From Candidatus Peregrinibacteria bacterium (lineage in GTDB: Bacteria; Patescibacteriota; Gracilibacteria; UBA1369), in assembly GCA_963708185.1 (NCBI GenBank), contig OY970195.1, forward strand, positions 96,001 to 160,000: 64,000 nucleotides of DNA, written 5' to 3'. The notes beneath the pieces were generated by a model. It was given only the letters and a program-made list of their open reading frames with translations, ran no database searches and was not told where the DNA came from. A program made the translations under genes and the position numbers. Of the stretch, positions 7,908 through 16,989 are shown one piece after another (within the stretch, counting starts at the first letter, position 1; the number at the start of each line of letters is the position of its first letter).

Positions 7908-8615
7908 TTATACGAGCATTTTTTTGACCTCTTCCAGGATGACCTGGTTGAAGGGATAGTTCATACGGGTGGATCCCAGGATGCCGATGAATCCCTGGAA
8001 ACCTTTGAGTTGATATTTGGTGACCATGAGACTGCAGCTCTGGATCTGCTCAAGGATGTTCTCGCGGCCGATGAAGATTTTGGTTCCTTCGTTGATGTTG
8101 AGTTTTTTGAGGAGCGTCACGAAGTTATCGTGCTTTTCGAGCACTTCGATGACCTGGCTGGCGCGCACGGCGTCGTTGAGGAATTCCGGCTGACGCAAAA
8201 CGTTGGAAAGTCCGAGGTAAAAGGTGCGTTCGTTATCCGGAAGCGTGGCAAAACTGACGTTCTGGGTGGCGCGGGAAAGAATGGAAACGGCTTCGTAAAT
8301 TTTTTCCTTGGCTCGTTCCATGGCGAACTCCTGCTGGAGCTGCTGGATGGTTTTGAGGGCCAGGGCGCGTTCGGCGTCAATGTCGGCGAGTTCGTTCACG
8401 TAGACGCGGTAGCCTTTATCAGTGGGCACGCGGCCTGCGGATGTGTGCGGCTGGAAAATGAACTCTTCGTGTTCCAATGCGGCCATGTCGTTGCGGATGG
8501 TGGCCGGGCTCACGCTGAAGTTGTAGCTGACGATGATCGTGTTGGAGCCAACGGGTTCACCCGTGTCGATAAAATGTTTGATGATGGCTTTGAGAACTTT
8601 CTGTTTTCGGTCCAT
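7908..8615 (-). CDS. hrcA: heat-inducible repressor HrcA (short form)
   Basis: GEPVGS, SPATIRNDMAALE, QPHTSAGRVPTDKGYRVYV, GILGSTRMNY. Confidence 0.96.
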   Translation of the reverse strand: MDRKQKVLKAIIKHFIDTGEPVGSNTIIVSYNFSVSPATIRNDMAALEHEEFIFQPHTSAGRVPTDKGYRVYVNELADIDAERALALKTIQQLQQEFAMERAKEKIYEAVSILSRATQNVSFATLPDNERTFYLGLSNVLRQPEFLNDAVRASQVIEVLEKHDNFVTLLKKLNINEGTKIFIGRENILEQIQSCSLMVTKYQLKGFQGFIGILGSTRMNYPFNQVILEEVKKMLV

Positions 8616-8664
8616 GGCGGAAAGTTAGAGGTCTGCGGGCGGTCTGCGAAAAGACCGGTTCAAA

Positions 8665-8691
8665 TTAGCACTGCTCATTATATAGTGCTAA
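8665..8691. promoter_or_regulatory. CIRCE operator upstream of hrcA
   Basis: TTAGCACTG-N9-TAGTGCTAA, two mismatches from consensus. Confidence 0.9.
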
Positions 8692-9545
8692 GCGGGTTTT
8701 GACAAAGCCTGGGCGGAAGTATTGGTCTTTTTGCGGCGGAAAAAGTAGTAGTCGTCAATGCCGCCGGCTTCATAATGGCGTTGGAAGGGGTTGTCGTTCT
8801 GGCCTTCTTTTTTCTTGAAATATTTTTCCAGGTTTTCGGTCACCAGCTTGTTTTCACCGGTTCTGCCGTCAAAAGTTCCGGTTTTTTCAACGATGCCGAC
8901 ACATTCAAAATCCGGATGTTCGTGCATGGCCTCGGCTGCGATGTGGTAATCGTTACAAAGAATGTATTTCCCCGGTTTTATGTGTTCAGCGATTTTATGG
9001 ATTTCGTCTTTTTTGATAAATTGGTTGAAAAGCACGAGCAGGTCCGGATCGTGCTGCGGTTTAAAATCCAGCGCGGACATGCAGTGCGCATCGTATCCGG
9101 CCTTTGTCATGGCTTTCATGGCTCTTTCGTTTATATCAACGTACGTCACCTGACTGTCGGGGAAAGTTTTTTTGAGACTGTGCGTATCACAGCAGGGATA
9201 GAGGATATGCTTGAGCTCCGGCTTGAACTTTTTCATCAGGAGTTCGACCCCTTCCAGTTTTGTTTCCGCAATTTTGGGTTCGAATTTTTCGGGGGCCGGT
9301 TCAGCTTTATCTTCTGGCTTTTTTGGGTGCGGTTGATGCGAGGCGGGTGCGTGAGGAGCATGGTGGTTTGTTGCAGATGGATCGTCGCCGATGATTTTTG
9401 CCACGGCGTTTTTGATGTTCCAAACTATCCGCTGCCAGATCGTAAGTGGTTTCGAGGGTTTTTCATGATGATCGGCATGTTCCGATGAAGCCTGTTCGAC
9501 TGGAGTCGCCGGCAGATGTGGCTCGGTTGTGAGTACGTTTGCCAT
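8688..9545 (-). CDS. hypothetical protein; His/Pro-rich N-terminus, methyltransferase-like C-terminal domain
   Basis: ILYPCC...VTYVDIN...SALDF...DLLVLFN...IKPGKYILCND follows Rossmann MTase strand order, with a degenerate motif I. Confidence 0.55.
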   Translation of the reverse strand: MANVLTTEPHLPATPVEQASSEHADHHEKPSKPLTIWQRIVWNIKNAVAKIIGDDPSATNHHAPHAPASHQPHPKKPEDKAEPAPEKFEPKIAETKLEGVELLMKKFKPELKHILYPCCDTHSLKKTFPDSQVTYVDINERAMKAMTKAGYDAHCMSALDFKPQHDPDLLVLFNQFIKKDEIHKIAEHIKPGKYILCNDYHIAAEAMHEHPDFECVGIVEKTGTFDGRTGENKLVTENLEKYFKKKEGQNDNPFQRHYEAGGIDDYYFFRRKKTNTSAQALSKPA

Positions 9546-9742
9546 AAGTTTTTGCAACAAATCTTGAGTACCACAATTTATCTCATTTTTAGCTTTTTTG
9601 TCAAGTTTTCGGGAGGTTCGGGAGTCAGTCTGTTGCGTACTGTGATGGGGTGAGGTTGCAGTGGTCTGCCGTTTTTTATTAGATTTGTATTTTGACGGTA
9701 ATAAAAGTTATGCTATGTTGAACAACCTCTCACTCATCCATT

Positions 9743-10693
9743 ATGTCCATAGAGGTTCAAAAAAGCGATCCCGCTGGTGAGGAAATCGAAAAAAACAAAG
9801 ATTTCAGTGATCTCAAGCCAGCCCTGGATTTTGTATCGAGATACCAGGATATTTATGACATGAATCTGGGCAGGCTTTTTGAACGCAAGCCAGATTCTGA
9901 TGTGGAAAAGTGGGTTGAAGGCATCGCTTTTACCAACGTTTGCGACGATGAATCGCAGCAACTACCGCCGGAGCTGGCCAAAAAGGTGCTTTCGCGTCTT
10001 CCAAAGGGGCTTGCTAAAATTTCCGGACTGAAGGAAATCAACTATCAATATCAGAAACTGGTGCCGATTCCCAATTACGGGCCTGACGGCTTTTTGGCCC
10101 GGCCGCCCTGTTTGGAAACCGTGCCCCTTGATCAATTCCCCGCTGAAAAATACCATCCGACGCGCGTTTTGATAGGCAATAGTTATAAGGGAACGATAAG
10201 CCCGTCGCCGGTTCCGGCCACAGTGAGTAAAGATCCCCGCGCCATTCGCAACTATCAGGTCCACGTGTTTTTGCATGAATTTATGCATACGATTGAGGAA
10301 AGGTTTCGCTCCAATCAACGGGGTCCTGGACTTTTGATGGCTTTTCCAGACGGTACTGTTACGAGTTTTGGGCGATGGCGGAGCGCTTTTTTGGGAAGCA
10401 TGCTGGACGTGGAACCGCAGTTTACGAGTGATTATGCTTCTTCATATTCGGATAGAATTACCAAGGGCATGGACCAAAGCGACATTGCGCTGGCGGAACA
10501 GATTTGCGAAACTTTCGCGGCGTATATGCTTGATATCGCGCCATCGGCTGCGAGCAAAGACGAGTATGAATCTTTTTCATTCCATGATTTCCAGAGCAGA
10601 AATCCGCTGGCGGCCATTCGGCAGGATATTTCAAGTTTGCGCCATCACCTGATGGACAGGTTTGTGAAGGCGGAGTTTGATGTGCTGGATTAA
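9743..10693 (+). CDS. putative zinc metallopeptidase (HExxH...E)
   Basis: 316 aa; FLHEFMH, TSDYA, AEQICETFAAY. Confidence 0.6.
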   Translation: MSIEVQKSDPAGEEIEKNKDFSDLKPALDFVSRYQDIYDMNLGRLFERKPDSDVEKWVEGIAFTNVCDDESQQLPPELAKKVLSRLPKGLAKISGLKEINYQYQKLVPIPNYGPDGFLARPPCLETVPLDQFPAEKYHPTRVLIGNSYKGTISPSPVPATVSKDPRAIRNYQVHVFLHEFMHTIEERFRSNQRGPGLLMAFPDGTVTSFGRWRSAFLGSMLDVEPQFTSDYASSYSDRITKGMDQSDIALAEQICETFAAYMLDIAPSAASKDEYESFSFHDFQSRNPLAAIRQDISSLRHHLMDRFVKAEFDVLD

Positions 10694-10701
10694 GCGGTGG
10701 T

Positions 10702-12225
10702 TTAGCCCAGGCTTTTACGCATGACGCCGGCCTCGGTGATTTCCTTGCTGAACTCCAGGCCCATGGATTTTTTGAGCATGATGGTGGAGGTGAGGTTGCG
10801 GTGAATGAGGTGGTTTTCTTTTTGCGGACCGATTTCGATCTTGAGGATGTCGGCGCAGAGGAGGATGTCGTCCAATACGTCGCACGCCCATTGGTGTTTG
10901 GAGGCGAGGTTTTCCAGGTTTTCGATGTTGAGGTATTTGCCGGCGTGCTTGAGTTCCCAGCGCAGGGTGAAGAAATGTTTTTCCAGCAGGGGAAGCAGGC
11001 CTTTGGCTTTGACCTTCTTGAGGGCGCGGCCGGTGCCGATGAATTCGGGGGGAATGCCCATGCTGTACCAGGCCGCGGTAAAGGAGATGGCGCGTGGCAG
11101 CTTGGTTTTTCCCACTCCGCGGTTGTAGCCAAAAAGACCGATGTGCTGGACCCTGGACCTGCGTTTGGGCACGTGAGCTGCCATCTCGTTGACCAGGCCG
11201 GCCGCTTCTTCGATGACCGGACAGTACTCTTTGCGGAAAATTTCGTTGATGGCCCGCAGCTGTTTGAACTCTTCGTCGCTGAACGTGACCGGGTGCGGTT
11301 TGGCCAGCATTTTTTTTACATACTCAATGGAATCCTTCACTTCTTTCAAAGGATAGTCATAACGGTACGCCGATTGGATCGTCACAGTGCTGATGCCTTC
11401 ATACTGCTGGAGTGTTTTTTCGATGTTTTCGGGATTGATGCCCCCGCGGAAGGGGAGCGATCCGGTCCCGATGATCGGATACATGGGGATGCCGAATTTT
11501 TTGCCGATGCGGTAGAATTCACGCAGGGCCATGCGGCTCGCCACCACCGACGGCACGAAGCCCGCGTTGAGCGCGGGGTCGGAACGTGCGATGAACGGTC
11601 GCATGTAGGCGGGGTATTTCTTGAACTTCTTTTTGTGTTCTTTGATGAATGCGGTGAGAACGTCGCCGCAGCCTGCCAGATCGTCGATGCTTTCAAAGAG
11701 CGGGATAATATGGACGTAGCCGTCGCCGAATTTGGAAGTCTTGAAGATCTCTTCGTGGACCTTGGCGGTTTTATGGAAGGTGTCCTGGATGTGGATAAGC
11801 TGATCGGCGTTTTTGGTCATCGGAAGAATGAGTTCAAACACCGACGGGCTGAAGAGTTTGAGTGATTTGGTGAGTTCTGCAGCCGAAAGCACGCTCATGT
11901 AGGTGCGGGCGAGCTTAAAAGTTTTTTCCTCCCAGATGTTGGGGATGCGGAGGGTTACGAAAAGGTCTCTGCCCAGCTGTTTTTTTTGGAAGTCTTTTAA
12001 ATGTTTGGCGACAAGTTTATCGATAATGGCTTCGTCGGCGATCTTGCCTTCCCAGTCCCACATGTATTCATCGGCGCCAAGGTGGAAGAAGTTCTGATAG
12101 ATCTCGTCGTTTTCGTACTGCTCGCCAATGAAGGCGTCGTCGTGCCAGAACGGCACCCCGGCGTTATCCGGGTGCTGCGTGGCCATGACATGCGGTATTT
12201 TTCGCTTGGTCTGAGAAGTGAACAT
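10702..12225 (-). CDS. ppcA: phosphoenolpyruvate carboxylase, archaeal type
   Basis: IPHVMATQHPDNA, EYMWDWEGK, RPFIARSDPALNAG, GSLPFRG, LPRAISF. Confidence 0.95.
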   Translation of the reverse strand: MFTSQTKRKIPHVMATQHPDNAGVPFWHDDAFIGEQYENDEIYQNFFHLGADEYMWDWEGKIADEAIIDKLVAKHLKDFQKKQLGRDLFVTLRIPNIWEEKTFKLARTYMSVLSAAELTKSLKLFSPSVFELILPMTKNADQLIHIQDTFHKTAKVHEEIFKTSKFGDGYVHIIPLFESIDDLAGCGDVLTAFIKEHKKKFKKYPAYMRPFIARSDPALNAGFVPSVVASRMALREFYRIGKKFGIPMYPIIGTGSLPFRGGINPENIEKTLQQYEGISTVTIQSAYRYDYPLKEVKDSIEYVKKMLAKPHPVTFSDEEFKQLRAINEIFRKEYCPVIEEAAGLVNEMAAHVPKRRSRVQHIGLFGYNRGVGKTKLPRAISFTAAWYSMGIPPEFIGTGRALKKVKAKGLLPLLEKHFFTLRWELKHAGKYLNIENLENLASKHQWACDVLDDILLCADILKIEIGPQKENHLIHRNLTSTIMLKKSMGLEFSKEITEAGVMRKSLG

Positions 12226-12242
12226 TCGATTCGGAAAGTTGT

Positions 12243-13250
12243 TTACATCTTTCTTGCCACCATTTCGGCCAGGTCGACGACGCGGCAGGAATAGCCCCAT
12301 TCGTTATCGTACCAGGCGATGACTTTGATCAGATTGTCCTGCATGACCATTGTTGAAAGGCCGTCGACGATTGAGGAGTGTTCGTTGCTTTTGTAATCCG
12401 AGGAAACGAGAGGGATTTCGTTGTAATCCATGATGCCTTTCATGGCTCCTTCGGATGCTTTTTCCATCATGGCGTTCACTTCTTCCACGGTCGTGTTTTT
12501 TTCGGTTTCGCAGACGAAATCCAGCAAAGAGACCGTCGGAGTGGGAACGCGGACGGCCATGCCGTTCAGTTTTCCTTCGAGTTCGGGAATGACGAGCGTC
12601 ACCGCGAATGCGGCATGGGTCGTGGTCGGAATGATGTTGCATGCAGCGGCGCGGGCGCGGCGGAGATCTTTGTGCGGAAGATCCAAAATGTTCTGATCGT
12701 TGGTATAGGAGTGGACCGTGGTCATGAGGCCGCGTTTGATCTTGAGGTTGTCGTTGAGCACTTTGACGACCGGAGCCATGCAGTTGGTCGTGCAGGACGC
12801 GTTGGAGATGTAATTGTGTTTTTGGGGGTCGTAAATATCGTCGTTCACGCCCATGCAAATGGTGGCGTCGGAGTTTTTGGCAGCGGCGGTGAAGATGACT
12901 TTCTTGACGGTGTCGCGCATGTGTTTGCTCCCGCTTTCTTTGTCGTTGAACACGCCGGTGGCTTCAAGCACGATGTCCACTTTATCGTCGCCCCATGGGA
13001 TTTTGGCAGGGTCTCTTTCCTGGTAGTAAGTGATTTTTTTTCCGTCAACAACAATGGTGTTCGGACCGTCAACGCTTACGTCTGCGTCGAGCGTGCCGTA
13101 GCTGGTGTCGTATTTTAAAAGGTGCGCGAGGGTTTTGTTGTCGCTCAGATTGTTGATGGCAACGATTTCAACGTCTTTTCGTTTCATCGCAATGCGGAAC
13201 ATCTGCCGGCCGATGCGGCCGAAACCATTAATACCTACACGTGCTTTCAT
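12243..13250 (-). CDS. gap: glyceraldehyde-3-phosphate dehydrogenase type I
   Basis: GINGFGRIGR, SNASCTTNC, WYDNEWGYS; start at ATG 13250. Confidence 0.99.
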   Translation of the reverse strand: MKARVGINGFGRIGRQMFRIAMKRKDVEIVAINNLSDNKTLAHLLKYDTSYGTLDADVSVDGPNTIVVDGKKITYYQERDPAKIPWGDDKVDIVLEATGVFNDKESGSKHMRDTVKKVIFTAAAKNSDATICMGVNDDIYDPQKHNYISNASCTTNCMAPVVKVLNDNLKIKRGLMTTVHSYTNDQNILDLPHKDLRRARAAACNIIPTTTHAAFAVTLVIPELEGKLNGMAVRVPTPTVSLLDFVCETEKNTTVEEVNAMMEKASEGAMKGIMDYNEIPLVSSDYKSNEHSSIVDGLSTMVMQDNLIKVIAWYDNEWGYSCRVVDLAEMVARKM

Positions 13251-13359
13251 TGGTGTGTGGATTAGAAAATATTCGACGCTAGTGTATAGCCAAGTTATGC
13301 CCGGTGTCGAATTCGGAACGTCGAATACGATTGACAATTTTGTTGAAGATTCGGAAGTT

Positions 13360-13842
13360 TTATTTTGCGAAAAGTTTAATGAACTCCATAGCTCCTCCAA
13401 AACCTGCGGTGATTAAAATTCCGCAGAGAACGTTCCCTATGAGTATGAAGAGAATGGATTTCCAGTACGGCAGTTCAAACAGGAAAGCGATGAGCGCGGC
13501 AGTCCATGCTCCGGTTCCTGGGATGGGGATCGCCGTCAGGATCACCAGGAGTGCTTCGCCCATTTTTTCAAAACGCTCGGTGTGTTTGGTCCGAGTATGG
13601 TGGAAAAGTTTGCTGAACATTTTGTTGAGCCACTTGGAGTGTTTCATCAGCCAGATCGATATCGGACCGAGCATTTTCAGGATGAGCATGACGATCAGAA
13701 TATTGCCGAGCTCGCTCCAGAAGAAAGAGGCTTCAGGAGAGAGTCCCAGGAACAGCCCCAAAGGCAATGCGGCTCTGAGTTCTCCGATCGGAAGCATCGA
13801 GGCAAAAAAAACAACAAGTTCACGCGGAAGACCGGTTAACAT
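13360..13842 (-). CDS. small multidrug export family membrane protein (COG2426)
   Basis: SMLPIGELRAALP, AIPIPGTGAWTAAL. Confidence 0.85.
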   Translation of the reverse strand: MLTGLPRELVVFFASMLPIGELRAALPLGLFLGLSPEASFFWSELGNILIVMLILKMLGPISIWLMKHSKWLNKMFSKLFHHTRTKHTERFEKMGEALLVILTAIPIPGTGAWTAALIAFLFELPYWKSILFILIGNVLCGILITAGFGGAMEFIKLFAK

Positions 13843-14243
13843 TTTTTATGGGGTTACTCAGCCTGGGTATTGTAAGTTTTTGAAACCTTCTACGAAAGGT
13901 ATTTTTGTTCTCTCATCTGGTCGATTATGTTCAAAAATCGTTGATTGATTCACTTTTGTGAACACGGACTATTCAATATATTGTTTTTTACTTTACAGAA
14001 GCTGTTTACTCCTTTTGAGTATAAAAATATTATGCAATAAAGGTTTGAGCCTGCAATGTTTTTTGATAAGGTCATTTTTTATTTACTGAAAGCCAAAATA
14101 ACTTTCGGTTACCCATGGTGCGACTACAATTTTTGCACCCTTTGAGGTGAATTTGTTGACTTAGGGGTAAATTTTCCTTATTTTAAAGTCAATTTCACAG
14201 GTATAAAAAAGTTATACACATATCGTTCACAACTTTTGAACAT

Positions 14244-15524
14244 ATGAAGAAAAAAATGAAAAAAAAAGCTTTGAGGAAACCTGCAAAATCGGTAAAAAAG
14301 GTTCAAAAAAAGAAGAACACTGTTAAAAAAGTTATGAAAAAAAAGGGGGTCATGAAAAAAATCATGAGCCGTCTTCAAAAAGCTGTCCGGAAATCTTCCA
14401 AACAGAAGAAAGTACAGAAGAAAATGAAGAAAGTTTTGAAAAAGCGTCCGGTGAAACTCAAAAAGAAACCGCTTCGCAAGCCCTTTCAAAAGCCTAAGCA
14501 GAAGAAAGTCATCACCGGGAAAACTTCCAAAGCCTCGGAGAAAGTTTCTCCGAAACAAGCCGTTGAAGCCGAATCGGAGGTCAGTTCAGAGGTTCAGCCG
14601 GCGGGTTTCACTCATGAACCGGTGCTGCTGGAAGAGGTTCTCGCCAATCTCGACCTCGGAGGAAAGAAAGTGGTTGTTGACGGAACGCTCGGGCTCGGCG
14701 GACATGCCCGAAACATCCTTGAACACATGGATGTTGAAGGAAAACTTGTCGGGTTCGACGTCGATGACGACAATCTGGCGACGGCCCGCGAAAATCTGAA
14801 ATCTTTCGGCGACAGAGTCCTTTTTGTCCGTTCAAATTTCAGCAACATGAGCGAAGAACTCAAGAACCTGAAAATTCGAAGCGTTGACGCCATCCTGCTG
14901 GATCTGGGGCTTTCATCTCCGCAGGTTGATAATCCGGCCAAAGGGTTTTCTTTTTTGCGTGAAGGTCCTCTTGATATGCGTTTCGACAAGAACGCAGTCC
15001 TGACGGCCGCTGAAGTTATCAACCGTTACGGCATGAACGAACTGATCCGCATCTTTAAAGAGTACGGCGAAGAATCTTTTGCCCGCAAGATCGCTTCGGA
15101 AATCGTCAAACGCCGCAAGACCAGACCTTTCAAGACAACCTCGGACCTCGCAAATTTCATCGAGAAACTTATCGGGCGTAAAGGTCATCTTCATCCGGCG
15201 ACCCGCGTGTTCCAGGCTTTGCGCATCGAAGTCAACCACGAACTTGATGTCCTGGTGAGCGCATTGAAGCAGGCGGTTGAACTTTTAAAGAAACACGGGC
15301 GCATCGCCGTCATCGCGTACCACTCGCTCGAGGATCGGGCCGTGAAACATTTCTTCAAGGATTGTGCCCGCGATTTTATCAACGAACCGGGAAAACTGAC
15401 CACGACCCATTTGAAACCAACACTTTCCATTGTTACCAAAAAACCGATCGTCCCCTCTGATAAAGAAATTTCCCGAAATCCGCGAAGCCGCAGCGCCAAG
15501 CTGCGCGTCGCGGAGAAGATCTGA
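14244..15524 (+). CDS. rsmH: 16S rRNA m4C1402 methyltransferase with a Lys-rich N-terminal extension
   Basis: HEPVLLEEV, DGTLGLGGH, DLGLSSPQ, PLDMR, FQALRIEVN, HSLEDR, NPRSRSAKLR. Confidence 0.96.
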   Translation: MKKKMKKKALRKPAKSVKKVQKKKNTVKKVMKKKGVMKKIMSRLQKAVRKSSKQKKVQKKMKKVLKKRPVKLKKKPLRKPFQKPKQKKVITGKTSKASEKVSPKQAVEAESEVSSEVQPAGFTHEPVLLEEVLANLDLGGKKVVVDGTLGLGGHARNILEHMDVEGKLVGFDVDDDNLATARENLKSFGDRVLFVRSNFSNMSEELKNLKIRSVDAILLDLGLSSPQVDNPAKGFSFLREGPLDMRFDKNAVLTAAEVINRYGMNELIRIFKEYGEESFARKIASEIVKRRKTRPFKTTSDLANFIEKLIGRKGHLHPATRVFQALRIEVNHELDVLVSALKQAVELLKKHGRIAVIAYHSLEDRAVKHFFKDCARDFINEPGKLTTTHLKPTLSIVTKKPIVPSDKEISRNPRSRSAKLRVAEKI

Positions 15525-15604
15525 CCTTACCCCGCGGCTTTTCTAGAATCCTTTACACACAAACAAAAACAAAATTTTTTATTTCTTACTCCTGTTTTTT
15601 TCCA

Positions 15605-16006
15605 ATGTCGCAGCTTCTCCTCACCCGCAGTCCGTATCGTCAGGAATTCATCAACTCTTCTGCCCGAAGATCTTTTCATCGTACCCGTGTGACGCCGATC
15701 AAATGGAAGCTGCAGTTCGGTCCGATGACGCTGATCGTCGGTCTTATTATCGTAGCGGTGTCGATGAGTATCCTGTATCTGATGCATTTCAATCAGGTGG
15801 CGACCAAAGGTTACGACCTGAAGCGTCTCGAGGTGGACCGACAGCAGCTCATGGACCAGAATCAGCTCAGTAATATGAATATTGATAAAGTGACCTCCAT
15901 GCCGTCGATCCTGGCAAGTACGCGCATCCAGACCATGGTCAAAGCACACGAGGTCACGTTCGTTCGAGGTGATTCAGCATTGGCTTCGGCAAGCGCCGGG
16001 ACATGA
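15605..16006 (+). CDS. FtsL-like bitopic cell division protein
   Basis: single TM helix plus coiled coil (ATKGYDLKRLE) in the canonical position after rsmH. Confidence 0.6.
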   Translation: MSQLLLTRSPYRQEFINSSARRSFHRTRVTPIKWKLQFGPMTLIVGLIIVAVSMSILYLMHFNQVATKGYDLKRLEVDRQQLMDQNQLSNMNIDKVTSMPSILASTRIQTMVKAHEVTFVRGDSALASASAGT

Positions 16007-16068
16007 TCAGTTGATCTTTTGAAGGAGCGTGTTAATCTTGCGGCGGACTATTTCGTTTCATTTTCGTT

Positions 16069-16989
16069 ATGAATTTTTCAGAATATCTTCAGCGCCACGG
16101 TGTTGATAGCGGTTTACATGATGTCCTCCAGACGGTCACGGGGTTTTTCCCGAAACTGGCCGCGGCCATGAGCAAAGGGAATCTTGAGGGTTCCGCGGGC
16201 TCGCAGAACGTTTTCGGCGACAAACAGGTTAAGATGGATATTTTTTCAAACGATCTTTTTACGAATGAACTCGTCAAGCATCCTTACGTGGCCATGGTGG
16301 CTTCAGAGGAGCTTGATGACAGCAAAGACGGCAGTGCGGGAGATGGTGGCTATTCCGTGGCCTATGATCCTCTGGACGGGTCGTCTCTGGTGGACGTGAA
16401 CCTTTCCGTCGGGTCGATTGTCGGCATTTATAAGGGAAAAGGTTTTCTGGGCCGCAAAGGCAGCGACCAGGTCGCAGCGATCATCGCGGTCTACGGTCCG
16501 CGACTGACGTTTATGGTGACCGTTGGACACGGTGTGGCGGAGTTCATCTACGATTGGGAAAAGAAAGATTTTCTGGTCAATACCGAAGAGGTCGACATCG
16601 GGGACAGCAAAAAGATGTTTGCTCCCGGCAATCTGCGGGCGTGTTCCGATCCCAACCTGAAGTGGTATCTGGATTTGATGGAGTACTGGCTCAAGAATCA
16701 GTACACGCTGCGTTATTCCGGCGGTATGGTCCCGGACGTGAACCAGATTCTCAAGAAGGGCGGCGGGATTTTTACCTATCCGGCCTACAACGAAATGCCC
16801 AACGGTAAGCTGCGGCTGCTTTATGAATGCGCCCCCATGGCTTTCCTGATGGAACAGGCCGGAGGCATCGCGGTGTGCGACGACACGATGATTCTGGATC
16901 TGACGATCGAGAAACTCGACCAGCGCACGCCGATCTTCATAGGTTCCAAAAAGGAAGTGGAGCTCGTCCAGAGTTTTTTTAAGAAGTAA
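16069..16989 (+). CDS. fbp: fructose-1,6-bisphosphatase class 1
   Basis: ASEE, DPLDGSS, RYSGGMVPD, GKLRLLYECAPMAF. Confidence 0.97.
   Translation: MNFSEYLQRHGVDSGLHDVLQTVTGFFPKLAAAMSKGNLEGSAGSQNVFGDKQVKMDIFSNDLFTNELVKHPYVAMVASEELDDSKDGSAGDGGYSVAYDPLDGSSLVDVNLSVGSIVGIYKGKGFLGRKGSDQVAAIIAVYGPRLTFMVTVGHGVAEFIYDWEKKDFLVNTEEVDIGDSKKMFAPGNLRACSDPNLKWYLDLMEYWLKNQYTLRYSGGMVPDVNQILKKGGGIFTYPAYNEMPNGKLRLLYECAPMAFLMEQAGGIAVCDDTMILDLTIEKLDQRTPIFIGSKKEVELVQSFFKK

Noticed and set aside
14140-14177. GGTGAATTT-like motif shared with the trmB/comEC intergenic region (~30444)
   Set aside because: Short and AT-rich, too few instances to distinguish from chance
13843-14243. AT-rich 400-bp intergenic region as a possible oriC
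   Set aside because: Only one good DnaA box (TTATACACA, 14212-14220); rpmH-rnpA-yidC at the right edge suggests dnaA lies beyond the window; a divergent promoter region explains it
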